64,000 nt of DNA from Burkholderiaceae bacterium (GTDB lineage: Bacteria > Pseudomonadota > Gammaproteobacteria > Burkholderiales > Burkholderiaceae_C), in contig JAYPEA010000005.1 in the NCBI GenBank assembly GCA_038125525.1, positions 2,207-66,206 on the forward strand. Direction: 5' to 3'. Below, piece by piece: positions 29,523 to 47,212 of this stretch. Every line of letters begins with the position of its first letter. Position 1 is the first letter of the stretch. Position numbers and translations under genes: made by a program. A model generated the notes under the pieces. The model did no database searches. It was not told where the DNA came from and worked only from the letters and a program-made list of their open reading frames with translations.

Positions 29523-30277
29523 AGCAGCGGTTCTTGCCGCTCGGGAGTGGCGTACAAGGTGCCGGCACCAAAGTAAGCGGTGATTTTTTCTTCCTCGAGC
29601 AGGGTAATCTCTTCGGGGCTGCGCGTGGCCGGCACACCTTCAAACTGGTCGGCCAACAGTGCGTGCACCGTGATCCCCTGCCGGGTGATACGCGCAAAGG
29701 TCATGGGCACCAACACCTGACGCCCACCCGATGTGCTCACCTCGAGATAACGGAACATCATCTCCATGCGATCCACCCACAGGTCATGCACGGTGCCGGC
29801 CACCTGACCCTGCGCGTCGTGCACCGTCATACCGCGCGGGTCCACGTCTTTGCTGGCCACGCCGTGATCGGGTGCGCGACGTAGCGGCACAATCTTGGCC
29901 TCGCCGTGCAAGGTACGGTCCACCTCGTCGGCACGGGCGGCCCAGGCCCCGGGGCCAACGCCAGCGGTTAGTGGGTTACCCACAGGCTCAAGCGGTGCGC
30001 CGTTAAGCCCCGTGACTGGCTGCGCCTGGTAGCTGCCGTCGGCCCGATTGAAGTCGGGCGCTTGCACCTCGCGGCCATTGGCCAAGCGATAGGTTTTGGG
30101 CTCGGGCATGGGCCAGCCCGTGATCACCGGCCCGTTCTCTCGCCCCGAATCCATGGGGTAGCCCTCGCGATGCCCCTCACGGATAAGGTAATAAATTAAC
30201 CCGGCAAAAAATATCCAGAACATGTACAACACGATCTGGGCCACATCAACGTACTGCGTGATTGCTCCTGTTCCCAT
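29519..30277 (-). CDS. puhA: Photosynthetic reaction centre H subunit
   Basis: MGTGAITQYVDVAQIVLY.FW, REGYP, GVGPGAW, ITLLEEEKITAYFGAG; RBS AGGAG. Confidence 0.97.
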   Translation of the reverse strand: MGTGAITQYVDVAQIVLYMFWIFFAGLIYYLIREGHREGYPMDSGRENGPVITGWPMPEPKTYRLANGREVQAPDFNRADGSYQAQPVTGLNGAPLEPVGNPLTAGVGPGAWAARADEVDRTLHGEAKIVPLRRAPDHGVASKDVDPRGMTVHDAQGQVAGTVHDLWVDRMEMMFRYLEVSTSGGRQVLVPMTFARITRQGITVHALLADQFEGVPATRSPEEITLLEEEKITAYFGAGTLYATPERQEPLL

Positions 30278-30310
30278 CACCGTTTCTCCTTCTAAAAACA
30301 ACACACACCC

Positions 30311-31731
30311 TTAACCTGGCATTTCAGCCAGACCAAACCTTGACGCCGAGGGCATAAGCCCGCGGCGACGCCGCACCAGTGGCCCCAACGCAATGAGCAC
30401 CACAAAGAGCAAATAAATCTCGACATGAAACACAAAGCTGTAGCCCGTGACGGGCGACTGCAGTGGTACACCGAGGTGCCCGGCCATGGCCAAGTAGCCC
30501 ACGCCGTCGCGCAGTGCCCCGCCCAGCGCCATCGCCACGCCTGCGGCGCTGGCTTGCACCGCGCCCCAGGCGCCCAGCACCAAGCCGCTGGCACCACCTT
30601 GCACAAACTCCATGGCCGTGAGCAACATGCCCACGGCAAACAAACCGCCGGCCATGCCAATCAAAAACGCCCCGGCCTGAAACAACCACGGCGCCTGCAA
30701 CGGGGCGGCAAACACCACCAAGGCAAAGGCTGGTAAACCAAGCAGCACCCCGCGGGCGCCCAGGCGGCAGGTGTCGGTGCCGCGCGCCACCTGGTGCGCC
30801 GACCACGCAAACGCCAGCATCGCACCCATGGCGCTGAGCGCCGTCAAGGCACTGGTGTGTCCCACGGCCAAACCCAGCACCTCGCCGCCATAGGGCTCGA
30901 GCACAATGTCTTGCATGCTAAAAGCGCAGGTGCCTAGCCCCACCGTCCATAAAAAGCGCCGCATGCCGGGCATGGCCATTAGGGCGCGCCACTGCGCGCC
31001 AAACCCACCCACAGGCCGCGCCCCTCGGCGCGTGCCGCGCGCCTCTTGGCGCCACAATGCCGTAAGGTTAAGCACCATCACCGCCACCGCGCAACCTTGC
31101 ACCACCTGAATCAAACGCTTAGGCGAAAACTCCGCCAGCATCCACCCCAAGCCAGCGGCCCCTACCAGCAGCCCCACCAGCAACGCCGTGTACAAAAACG
31201 CCACCACACGCGGACGCGTCTCGGGGGTAGCCAAATCCGAGGCCAACGCCATGCCCGCGGTTTGGGTGATTTGAATGCCCGCACCGGCGAGCACAAAGGC
31301 CAAGCCAGCACCCACACGGCCCAACCACAGCGTTCCCGGTGGCGGGTCAGCCAACAGCAGCAAAGCAAAGGGCATGATGGCCAAGCCACCAAACATCAAC
31401 AAATTGCCCATCCACAAATACGGCAAGCGACGCAAGCCCAGGGCCGAGGGATGGGTGTCGCTGCGGTAGCCAATCATGGCGCGCATGGGGGCAAACACCA
31501 GCGGCAACGCCACCGACAACGCCACCCACCAAGCCGGTACACCCAACTCCACAATCATCACCCGGTTGAGCGTGCCCACCAACAGCGCGGTCGCCAAGCC
31601 AATGGCCACTTGAAACAACGACAAACGCCAAAGCCGCCTCAGCGGCAGCTCGGCCGAAGCGGCGTCGGCAAATGGCACGTAACGTGCCATCCAGGCCTGC
31701 GCCCACGGGGGTGGCTGCATACGCCACGCCT

Positions 31732-31735
<4 letters not shown>
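30311..31735 (-). CDS. lhaA: LH1 assembly protein LhaA (PucC/BCD-family MFS)
   Basis: RLSLFQVAIG, GTLNRVMIVEL, GYRSDTH, DIVLEPYGG; lies between bchM and puhA. Confidence 0.88.
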
Positions 31736-37031
<5,296 letters not shown>

Positions 37032-37057
<26 letters not shown>

Positions 37058-38558
37058 CGTATAGCGTCTCAACGGTGATGCGATTAAGCCCATGCTCGCG
37101 CGCAAAGCGCTCGGTGTTGCGTCGGGCTTTGCCGCGCACAAAAAACGGCACCTTACGCAGCTCGCGTTCTGCGTCGTCCCCCCATATGCTGCCCTCGGCG
37201 CTGGCCGGCACCGGTGCTTGGGCGGCGCGCGCGCCATGCCCAAGGTGTGAAGGCGCGGCGTCCTCGTGAAACTCATGGTCACCGCGAAACATACCAATCA
37301 GATGCTCTTCTAGGCCCATCATCAGCGGGTGTACCCAGGTGTCAAACAGCACGTTGGCGCCCTCTTCACCCATTTGCGGGGCGTAGCGAGCCGGAAAATC
37401 CTGCACGTGCACCGGCGCCGAAATCACCGCACACGGCAACCCCAAACGCTTGGCGATATGCCGCTCCATTTGGGTGCCCAGCACCAACTCGGGCTGCAGC
37501 TCGGCGATGGCGGCTTCCACCTCCAAGTAATCGTCCGTAATCAGTGCCTGCAAACCCAGGCGCGAGGCGGCCTCGCGCACGTCCCTGGCTTGCTCGCGGC
37601 TGTAGGTGCCCAGCCCCACCACCTCAAAGCCCATCTCCTCGGTGGCCACCCGCGCCGCGGCCATGGCGTGTGTGGCGTCGCCAAACACAAACACGCGTTT
37701 GCCGGTTAGGTAGGTGCTGTCCACCGACGCCGCGTACCACCGTGCGCGCTCGGCCAAGCCGTCCAACACGGGCTGGGCGTCCACCTCGGCCAAGGCGGCG
37801 ACCTCGCGCACAAAGTCGGCGGTGGCGCCACGCCCAATCGGCACGGTGCGGGTGTAAGGCTGCCCAAAGCGGCGCCATAGCCATTGTGCCGTGGTACCGG
37901 CCAACTCGGGGTACATCACCACGTTGAAGTTGGCCTGCGGCAAGCGCGCCAAGTCGTTGGGCGTGGCCTCCCACGGCGCCACGGTAAGCACGGTAATACC
38001 CAAGCGCTGCAGCAACTGGGTGATTTCTTTGACATCGTCGCGATGCCTAAAACCGAGGGCCGTCGGCCCCAGCAGGTTACAAGTGGCCTTGGCCACACTG
38101 GCGCGGTCTACCGTTACCGGTTCGGCCATGGCGCGCACCATGCGGTAAAGCGTCTCGGCCGCGCCCCAGTTTTCTTTGCGCTGATACGCCGGCAACTCCA
38201 GCGGCACCACCGGTATGGGCAACTGCAGCGCCTGCGCCAGGCCGCCCGGGTCGTCTTGAATCAACTCAGCCGTGCACGAGGCCCCCACCATCATCGCCTG
38301 TGGCGCAAAGCGTGCGTGCGCGTCGCGCACTGCATCTTTAAATAGCTGCGCGGTATCGCTCCCCAAATCGCGCGCTTGAAAGGTGGTGTACGTCACCGGT
38401 GGGCGCCGCGGCAACCGCTCAATCATGGTAAATAACAAATCGGCGTAGGTGTCACCTTGCGGTGCGTGCAACACGTAGTGCACATCGCGCATGGCCGTGG
38501 CCACGCGCATGGCACCCACGTGGGGCGGGCCTTCGTATGTCCAAAGCGTCAACTGCAT
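37032..38558 (-). CDS. bchB: Dark protochlorophyllide reductase subunit B
   Basis: [30 protein letters not shown]-terminal PCP_red [10 protein letters not shown]. Confidence 0.97.
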
Positions 38559-38563
38559 GGGGT

Positions 38564-40356
<1,793 letters not shown>

Positions 40357-40385
40357 GACGCCAATTTAGTCGGGTCCAGCGATTG

Positions 40386-40419
40386 TGTCAACTTTTTATG
40401 ACGTCAATTATTATTTACA
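40386..40419. promoter_or_regulatory. Two degenerate PpsR boxes in the bchF/aerR divergent region
   Basis: TGTCAACTTTTTATGACG (40386-403) and CGTCAATTATTATTTACA (40402-419), one mismatch each, overlapping by 2 bp; minus-strand TTGACA-N17-TAAATT points at bchF. Confidence 0.7.
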
Positions 40420-40562
40420 TATTGTGAATCGGCTCCATTGGCTTTTTTGTAGTTTATTGGTATTACATAATGCATATTTAACTTGACGCTTAAACGACAC
40501 AGGAGTAGAACGTCAACACTCCCTGGTGCTGCACCAGCCACCAAACCAACCAAGGCAACCAC

Positions 40563-41366
40563 ATGCCCACCTCACGACCATCGCACGATGCGGGCAGCGG
40601 GCAATCCCACGTCCCTAGGGAGTTACTGCGTCAAGCCATCACGCACCGCGTGGTGCCGGCGTTGCTGGGGCGGGCGGCCAATGGTGACAAGGCCCGCGTC
40701 CTACCCAGCGAGTCCTCGGTGTTGGCTCTGGCCCAGCACATCTTGGGTGAATCCATCGAGCCCGCCCGCCAACTGATGCGCGGGCAGCTAAGCGCGGGCG
40801 TCAGCACAGAAGACCTCTACCTGCACCTGTTGGCGCCAGCTGCTCGCGTACTGGGGCGACACTGGGAGAGTGACGCCTGCGACTTTGTTGAGGTGACGTG
40901 GGGCATGGGCCAACTGCACCAGCTGCTGCGCGAGCACCCGCTAAGCCGCCCCGCTGCTGGCACCGCCGCTGTGGGTCAGGTGCTGCTGTGTCCCTTACCG
41001 GGCGAGCAACACACCTTTGGCTTGGCCATGGTGGCCGAGTTTTTGCTGCAAGCCGGCTGGCTGGTGCAACGCCAGCAGTTTGCCAGTCAGGCCGAGGCTG
41101 TGGTGTGGATCAAACAACACCACGTGCACGTGGCGGCCTTGAGCGTGGGCCACACCGGCAGCGCCGCCGCTTTGGCCGAACTCACCCGTGCCCTGCGCCG
41201 GGCCAGTGCCAACCCCAGCGTGGCCCTGCTCGCCGGCGGCGCCGGCCTAAACGCCAGCCAAACACCCGCAACCACTCTGGGGCTGGACGCCGTAGTCGAA
41301 GCCGCACCCGACGTCCCGCGTTTGGCGGCACAATACCTCCCACCTAACCGAATTGTCAAAAGTTAA
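40563..41366 (+). CDS. aerR: Cobalamin-binding antirepressor AerR/PpaA
   Basis: RHWESDACDF, B12-binding EQHTFG (ExHxxG); directly upstream of ppsR. Confidence 0.88.
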   Translation: MPTSRPSHDAGSGQSHVPRELLRQAITHRVVPALLGRAANGDKARVLPSESSVLALAQHILGESIEPARQLMRGQLSAGVSTEDLYLHLLAPAARVLGRHWESDACDFVEVTWGMGQLHQLLREHPLSRPAAGTAAVGQVLLCPLPGEQHTFGLAMVAEFLLQAGWLVQRQQFASQAEAVVWIKQHHVHVAALSVGHTGSAAALAELTRALRRASANPSVALLAGGAGLNASQTPATTLGLDAVVEAAPDVPRLAAQYLPPNRIVKS

Positions 41367-41380
41367 TTGTTTTGCCAGAC

Positions 41381-42823
41381 ATGACCGCGCGACAACCCCA
41401 ACCCAGTTTGAACTTCAGTCTGGCTGAACGCCACTTGGGCGGCTTGCACGCGTCCTCGGCGGCTTCGTTGCTTGCCGCCAGCGGCGACTTGGTGCTGCTG
41501 CTCGCCGCCAACGGTGACATTCTCGACCTCGCCTGCAGCCGTGAAGACCTGGCCAGTTGGAACTTAAGCGACTGGATAGGCCAGCCCTGGGAGCGCACCG
41601 TCACCGGTGAGAGCGTGCCCAAAATTCAAGCCATGCTGCAAGACGCCCAACGCGGCCAACCCGCGCAGTCGCGGCAAGTCAACCACCCCAGTCCCATGGG
41701 CAGCGACCTGCCAGTTGCCTACCGCGTGGTGCCGTTAGGCGATCGCGAGCACGCCGCGCAGTTTGCCGCCATTGGGCGAGACCTGCGCGACACCACACGC
41801 ATGCAGCAACGGCTGGTGGCCGCGCAAACCCAAATGGAGCGCGACCACTGGCAGGCGCAAGCCATTCAAACCCGCGCCCAAGCCATGATTGAGCTCAGCG
41901 GCGAGGCGCTGCTGGTGCTCGAGGCCGACCAATGGAGCCTGGTGCAAGCCAACACCGCAGCGCACCAGCTGCTGGGCCCCACCCTTGAGCAATCGGGCTG
42001 GACGCTGCTGGGGCAGCTGGGCCCAGCGGCCCGGCAAACCCTTATGCAACACGCCGCGCAGTTGCAATCAGGCGCCGGCCCACGCGTGGCGCACTTTAAT
42101 CTCGATCACCACGGCAACGTGTGGCAAGCCGCCTTGCAGCGCGCTGACGTGGGCGCCAGCAGCCAATGGCTGCTGCGCTTATCTGGCCACCCCACCGCCA
42201 CCGGCGAAACCGACCAAACCTGGGCGCCCATGGCCACCAGCGCGCCCGATGCGCTGCTGATCACCAACCCGTTGGGCATCATCGAGCACGCCAACCCCAG
42301 TTTTTTACGCGCCGTGCAGTGCACCAGCCCCGAGCAGGTGCTGGGTACCTCGCTTGAGACCTGGCTGGGGCGGCAAGAAGTCGATCAAAGCGTGCTGCTG
42401 TCCAACCTCAAACAACACGGCAGCGTGCGCTTGTTTGCCACCGAACTGCATGGCGCCCTGGGCACCAGCACAGAGGTAGAAATCTCCGCAGCCGCCATTG
42501 GCGAGAACCGCCCGGCTCGCTATGGCTTTGTGCTGCGCGACGTCAGCCGCCGCCTGGACGAAACCCCGAAAGAATTGCCGCGCACCGCCAGCGAAATGAC
42601 CGAACTCGTGGGGCGCCTGCCGCTCAAAGACATCGTGCGTGAAACCACCGACCTCATCGAGCAGTTGTGCATTCAGGCCGCGCTCGAGCTCACCGGCGAC
42701 AACCGCGCCTCAGCGGCCGAAATGCTCGGCCTGTCCCGACAAAGCCTCTACATCAAGCTGCGCCGCTTTCAACTGGGCGACGGCGTGGACGACACCACCG
42801 TGAAGACTGAAAGTCAAACCTAG
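41381..42823 (+). CDS. ppsR: Photosynthesis gene repressor PpsR/CrtJ
   Basis: PAS-type repeats, LVGRLPLKDIVRETTD.IE..CI..AL, Fis-type HTH NRASAAEMLGLSRQSLYIKLRR. Confidence 0.95.
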   Translation: MTARQPQPSLNFSLAERHLGGLHASSAASLLAASGDLVLLLAANGDILDLACSREDLASWNLSDWIGQPWERTVTGESVPKIQAMLQDAQRGQPAQSRQVNHPSPMGSDLPVAYRVVPLGDREHAAQFAAIGRDLRDTTRMQQRLVAAQTQMERDHWQAQAIQTRAQAMIELSGEALLVLEADQWSLVQANTAAHQLLGPTLEQSGWTLLGQLGPAARQTLMQHAAQLQSGAGPRVAHFNLDHHGNVWQAALQRADVGASSQWLLRLSGHPTATGETDQTWAPMATSAPDALLITNPLGIIEHANPSFLRAVQCTSPEQVLGTSLETWLGRQEVDQSVLLSNLKQHGSVRLFATELHGALGTSTEVEISAAAIGENRPARYGFVLRDVSRRLDETPKELPRTASEMTELVGRLPLKDIVRETTDLIEQLCIQAALELTGDNRASAAEMLGLSRQSLYIKLRRFQLGDGVDDTTVKTESQT

Positions 42824-42836
42824 TTGATTTTTTGAG

Positions 42837-42877
42837 TGTAAATATAAATTGACACACCCTGGCCCGCGCCACACAAT
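42837..42877 (+). promoter_or_regulatory. bchG promoter with PpsR box
   Basis: TGTAAATATAAATTGACA (42837-54, exact TGT-N12-ACA); TTGACA-N17-CACAAT ends 6 nt before the ATG. Confidence 0.82.
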
Positions 42878-42883
42878 GCGGGC

Positions 42884-43762
42884 ATGGCGATTCCGTCACT
42901 GTCGGCTGTAACCGAGCTTCTTAAACCCGTCACTTGGTTTCCTCCCATGTGGGCCTTTGCCTGCGGTGTGGTTGCCTCAGCGGCGCCGATGGCCGAGCGC
43001 TGGCACATTTTGGTGCTGGGAGTGCTGTTGGCTGGGCCCCTGGTATGCGCCACCAGTCAGGCCGTAAACGACTGGTTTGATCGGCACGTCGACGCCATCA
43101 ACGAACCGCAGCGCCCCATTCCCTCGGGCCGTATGCCCGGCCGCTGGGGGCTATACCTGGCGCTGCTGTGGACCGCTCTGTCCTTGGGCGTGGGCAGCAC
43201 CCTAGGCCCCGTGGGCCTGCTGGCCACGGTGTTGGCGCTGTTGCTGGCCTGGGCTTACAGCGCGCCGCCACTGCGCCTAAAAGCCAACGGCTGGTGGGGC
43301 AACGCCGCGTGCGGCCTCAGCTACGAAGGAATTGCCTGGCTCACCGGCGCGGCCATCATGGCCGGCGGCGTGTGGCCTGAGAGCCGCTCGCTGCTGCTGG
43401 CGGCGCTGTACAGCGCCGGCACGCACGGCATCATGACGTTGAACGATTTCAAGGCAATCGAGGGTGATCGGCGCATGGGCGTGCGCTCGCTGCCGGTGCA
43501 ATTGGGGCCACAGCGCGCCGCGCGTGTGGCCTGTGCCTTTATGCTCGTGCCCCAAGTGGCGGTGGTGGCACTGCTGCTGCACTGGGGCCAAAGCGGCCAC
43601 GCGCTGGCCGTGACGGCTTTGATTGCGGCGCAGATCGCACTGATGTGGCGGTTTTTGCAGCACGTCATGACGCGCGCGCGCTGGTACAGCGGCGTGGGGG
43701 TACCCTTGTTCGTGGCCGGCATGATGGTCAGCGCCTTTGCCCTGCGCGGGGTTCACGGATGA
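42884..43762 (+). CDS. bchG: Bacteriochlorophyll synthase
   Basis: LLKPVTWFPPMWAFACG, NDWFDRHVDAINEPQRPIPSG, NDFKAIEGD. Confidence 0.97.
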   Translation: MAIPSLSAVTELLKPVTWFPPMWAFACGVVASAAPMAERWHILVLGVLLAGPLVCATSQAVNDWFDRHVDAINEPQRPIPSGRMPGRWGLYLALLWTALSLGVGSTLGPVGLLATVLALLLAWAYSAPPLRLKANGWWGNAACGLSYEGIAWLTGAAIMAGGVWPESRSLLLAALYSAGTHGIMTLNDFKAIEGDRRMGVRSLPVQLGPQRAARVACAFMLVPQVAVVALLLHWGQSGHALAVTALIAAQIALMWRFLQHVMTRARWYSGVGVPLFVAGMMVSAFALRGVHG

Positions 43763-43769
43763 GCGCCCC

Positions 43770-45149
43770 ATGCTGAGCTGGTGGGGCATTGTGCGCCTGG
43801 GCCTGGTGCAAATGGCCTTGGGCGCCGTGGTGGTGCTTACCACCTCCACCCTGAACCGGGTGATGGTGATCGAGCTGGCCCTACCGGCCTTGCTGCCCGG
43901 CGCATTGGTGGCCTTGCATTACGTGGTGCAGTTGTCACGCCCCACCATGGGTTACGGCTCGGACGTGTGGCAGCGCCGCACGCCGTGGATCGTGGGCGGC
44001 ATGACGTGCCTAGCGGCCGGAGGCGCGCTGGCCGCGGCCTCGGTGGTATGGATGACCACGCGGCCCGGTGCCGGCATGGCGCTGGCGGCCATCGCCTTTG
44101 CGTTGATCGGGCTGGGCGTCTCAGCCGCCGGCACCTCATTGCTGGCCTTACTGGCCAAGCACGTGGCCCCCGCGCGGCGCGGTGCAGCCGCTGCCGTGGT
44201 ATGGATGATGATGATCGCCGGATTTGCTGTAACGGCTGGCCTTGCCGGCCATTTTCTCGACCCCTACAGCCCGGCACGCTTGCTCGCGGTGGCCAGCACA
44301 GTCTCGGCGCTGGCGTGGCTGCTGGCCGTCGTGGCCTTGGTCGGATTGGAGCGCGGCATCACGTCCACGCCAGCGGCGCCGGCAACGGCAACCGAGACCG
44401 AAACCGGCCTGTCGTGGCACGCTTTCGGCGGGGCACTGGCCCAAGTCTGGCGTGAGCCCCAGGCGCGTCACTTCACCATTTTCGTCTTTGTCTCTATGCT
44501 GGCCTACAGCTCGCAAGACTTGATTTTGGAGCCCTTTGCCGGCGCCGCCTTTGGCATGACGCCCGGTCAGTCCACCCAACTCGCCGGGGTGCAGCACGGC
44601 GGCGTGTTGCTCGGCATGGTTGCCGTGGCGCTGGCCACAGCCTGGGGCGCACGCCACCGACAACACCGCTTCGGGCCTGCCATGGCCTCGCTGCGCGGCT
44701 GGACGCTACTGGGCTGCGCGGCCTCGGCGTTGGCGTTGCTGGCGTTGGTGGCCGCCGGTGCGGTGGGCCCAGCCTGGCCTTTACGCCCCACCGTGTTTGC
44801 TTTGGGCGTGGCCAACGGCGCATTCTCGATTGGGGCCATTGGCTCCATGATGATGCTTGCCGACCAAGGCCGCCGCGCCCGCGAGGGCACGCGCATGGGG
44901 TTGTGGGGCGCCGCACAAGCCATGGCCTTTGCCCTGGGCGGGCTGGTGGGAACCGGCGCGGCCGATTTGGCGCGGGCCTTGTGGGCCGACCCTGGCACCG
45001 CGTACGCCAGCGTGTTCGCGATGGAGGCCATGCTTTTTGCCCTATCGGCGTGGTTGGCCATGCACATCACCTCCGGCCCTGCTGCTGCCCCGGCCACCCG
45101 CGCTTACCCCCACCACCCCGCCTTGCCGGCACAAGGAGACCATGCATGA
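43770..45149 (+). CDS. pucC: BCD-family (PucC-like) MFS chlorophyll transporter
   Basis: RLGLVQMALGAVVVLTTSTLNRVM, RRTPWIVGG, QDLILEPFAG, GLWGAAQA; lies between bchG and bchP. Confidence 0.82.
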   Translation: MLSWWGIVRLGLVQMALGAVVVLTTSTLNRVMVIELALPALLPGALVALHYVVQLSRPTMGYGSDVWQRRTPWIVGGMTCLAAGGALAAASVVWMTTRPGAGMALAAIAFALIGLGVSAAGTSLLALLAKHVAPARRGAAAAVVWMMMIAGFAVTAGLAGHFLDPYSPARLLAVASTVSALAWLLAVVALVGLERGITSTPAAPATATETETGLSWHAFGGALAQVWREPQARHFTIFVFVSMLAYSSQDLILEPFAGAAFGMTPGQSTQLAGVQHGGVLLGMVAVALATAWGARHRQHRFGPAMASLRGWTLLGCAASALALLALVAAGAVGPAWPLRPTVFALGVANGAFSIGAIGSMMMLADQGRRAREGTRMGLWGAAQAMAFALGGLVGTGAADLARALWADPGTAYASVFAMEAMLFALSAWLAMHITSGPAAAPATRAYPHHPALPAQGDHA

Positions 45150-46336
45150 ACCCCGAGCGCCCCATTTTTGACGCCGTGGTTGTCGGCGGCGGCCCCGCCG
45201 GCGCCACCGCCGCACAAACACTTGCCCAAGCCGGTCACCGCGTTTTGCTGCTGGACCGAGGTGGACGCATCAAACCCTGCGGCGGTGCCATTCCGCCGCG
45301 TTTAATCCGCGACTTCGCGATACCCGAGCACATGCTGGTGGCGCGTGCACGCTGCGCCCGCATGGTTGCACCCAGCCGCAAGCACGTGGATATTCCTATA
45401 GACAACGGCTTTGTTGGCATGGTCGATCGCGAACACTTTGACGAATGGCTGCGCCAGCGTGCTGCCCAGGCGGGCGCGCAGCGCGCCACCGGCACCTTTG
45501 TTGGCATTGACCGCAGCACGCCCGGTCAACCGGTGGTGCGCTACCGCTTGGCCGATGGCAGCATGGGTGAGGCGCAAACCCGCGTTGTGGTTGGTGCCGA
45601 TGGCGCACGCTCGGCCGTGGCCAAACAAAATATCGCCCACGCCGAGCGTATGCCCTGCGTGTTTGCGTATCACGAAATCCTGCGCACCCCCAGCCAAGCG
45701 CCCGCTGGCTACCACCCCGAACGCTGCGACGTGGTGTACCAAGGCCATATCTCGCCGGACTTTTACGGCTGGGTGTTTCCGCACGGCCACACCATGAGCG
45801 TGGGCACCGGCAGCGCCAACAAAGGGTTTTCGCTGCGCGACGCAGTGGCCACGCTACGCGCCCAAAACGGCCTGCAACACGCCACCACTGTGCGCCGTGA
45901 GGGTGCACCCATTCCCATGAAGCCGTTGCCCCGATGGGACAATGGCCGCGACGTGGTGCTCGCCGGCGACGCCGCCGGTGTGGTGGCGCCGGCCTCTGGC
46001 GAAGGCATTTACTACGCCATGCTGGGCGGCCAATTGGCCGCCGAGGCTGCCCATGCGTACGTGCGTGGCGGCAACCCTGCCGCACTGCGCCAGGCACGTA
46101 AAAAGTTCATGCGCGCCCACGGCAAAATTTTCTGGGTGCTGGGTATCATGCAAGCGTTTTGGTACCGCAACAACGCACGCCGAGAAAGGTTTGTCAAAAT
46201 TTGCGAAGATCATGACGTGCAGCAAATTACCTTTGACGCCTACATGAACAAACGCTTGGTGCGCCGCCAACCCATGGCGCACATCAAAATCTTCTTTAAA
46301 GACTTGGCCCACCTGCTTGGTTTGGCCCGCGTATGA
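45146..46336 (+). CDS. bchP: Geranylgeranyl reductase
   Basis: VVVGGGPAG, KPCGGAIP, YGWVFP, GDAAGVVAPASGEGIYYA. Confidence 0.96.
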   Translation: MNPERPIFDAVVVGGGPAGATAAQTLAQAGHRVLLLDRGGRIKPCGGAIPPRLIRDFAIPEHMLVARARCARMVAPSRKHVDIPIDNGFVGMVDREHFDEWLRQRAAQAGAQRATGTFVGIDRSTPGQPVVRYRLADGSMGEAQTRVVVGADGARSAVAKQNIAHAERMPCVFAYHEILRTPSQAPAGYHPERCDVVYQGHISPDFYGWVFPHGHTMSVGTGSANKGFSLRDAVATLRAQNGLQHATTVRREGAPIPMKPLPRWDNGRDVVLAGDAAGVVAPASGEGIYYAMLGGQLAAEAAHAYVRGGNPAALRQARKKFMRAHGKIFWVLGIMQAFWYRNNARRERFVKICEDHDVQQITFDAYMNKRLVRRQPMAHIKIFFKDLAHLLGLARV

Positions 46337-46812
46337 CGCACCCAGCACGCCACTGGTGGCTGGGTGCCGCCTGGGCGCTGGGCGTGGCCGCCTTGGGCGG
46401 GGCGCTCACTACCCTAGACGCTTGGTACGCCGGTTTGCAACAGCCGCCGTGGAAACCAGCCGACGCCTGGTTTGGCCCCGTTTGGACCACCATTTTTGCC
46501 CTGTGCGTGGTGGCTGGCGTGCACGCGTGGCGTGGTGCGCCAAACATGGCGGCGCAGCGCGGCGTGTTGCGCGCCTACGCCATGAACAGCGTGGCCAACG
46601 TGGCGTGGAGTGCCTTGTTTTTTTATGCCCAACGACCCGATTGGGCGCTGGCCGAGGTGGGGGTGCTGTGGGCCTCGGTGCTGCACCTGTGGTGGGTCAC
46701 ACGGCAAAACCACCGCCGCGCGGCGTGGTGCTTGGTGCCCTACTGGCTATGGGTGACTTTCGCCGCGGCGCTCAATGCCGCGGTGGTCAACGCCAACGCC
46801 CCGTTTGCTTAA
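46333..46812 (+). CDS. tspO: Tryptophan-rich sensory protein TspO/CrtK
   Basis: WYAGLQQPPWKPADAWFGPVWT, LVPYWLWVTFAAALN; ATGA-coupled to bchP. Confidence 0.93.
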   Translation: MTHPARHWWLGAAWALGVAALGGALTTLDAWYAGLQQPPWKPADAWFGPVWTTIFALCVVAGVHAWRGAPNMAAQRGVLRAYAMNSVANVAWSALFFYAQRPDWALAEVGVLWASVLHLWWVTRQNHRRAAWCLVPYWLWVTFAAALNAAVVNANAPFA

Positions 46813-46816
46813 TGTC

Positions 46817-46841
46817 CTGCAGCCACACGGGGCGTGGCTTG
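46817..46841. terminator. Possible weak hairpin between the convergent tspO and HiPIP genes
   Basis: GCAGCCAC...GTGGCTTGC imperfect inverted repeat; no clear U-tract. Confidence 0.25.
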
Positions 46842-46849
46842 CGCGCGCT

Positions 46850-47161
46850 TTAGGCTTTTTTCACCCACGCACTGCACCAGCCATTGGCCGTCACTTGTTT
46901 GCCCGGAAACAACGGGCAAGCGCCCGCTTTGCTGCCCGCAGCGCCCTGATACAACTGGCAGTTTGCGCATTTTTGCGTGGCTTGATGCTTGGCGTACTTG
47001 GTGTTGTCTACCTTGGTGGTGTCGGCTTTGTAGCCCAAACCCAACGCGGTGGGCTCGGTCTCCGAAACCATGGGTGCCGCCTGCGCCACCCCGATGCCGC
47101 ACAGCGCGGCGCCGCCTACGGCAACTTGCATCATGAACACACGGCGTGGGGTTTGCTTCAT
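46850..47161 (-). CDS. High-potential iron-sulfur protein (HiPIP), Tat-exported
   Basis: Twin-arginine TPRRVF signal with AQA cleavage; LGYKAD, C-x2-C-x13-C-x13-C (CANC...ACPLFPGK.V...GWCSAW); RBS GGAG. Confidence 0.93.
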   Translation of the reverse strand: MKQTPRRVFMMQVAVGGAALCGIGVAQAAPMVSETEPTALGLGYKADTTKVDNTKYAKHQATQKCANCQLYQGAAGSKAGACPLFPGKQVTANGWCSAWVKKA

Positions 47162-47212
47162 AAGAATCTCCAAAACAGGTAAGCGTGAAGCGCCGCATTA
47201 TATGATTCGCCC

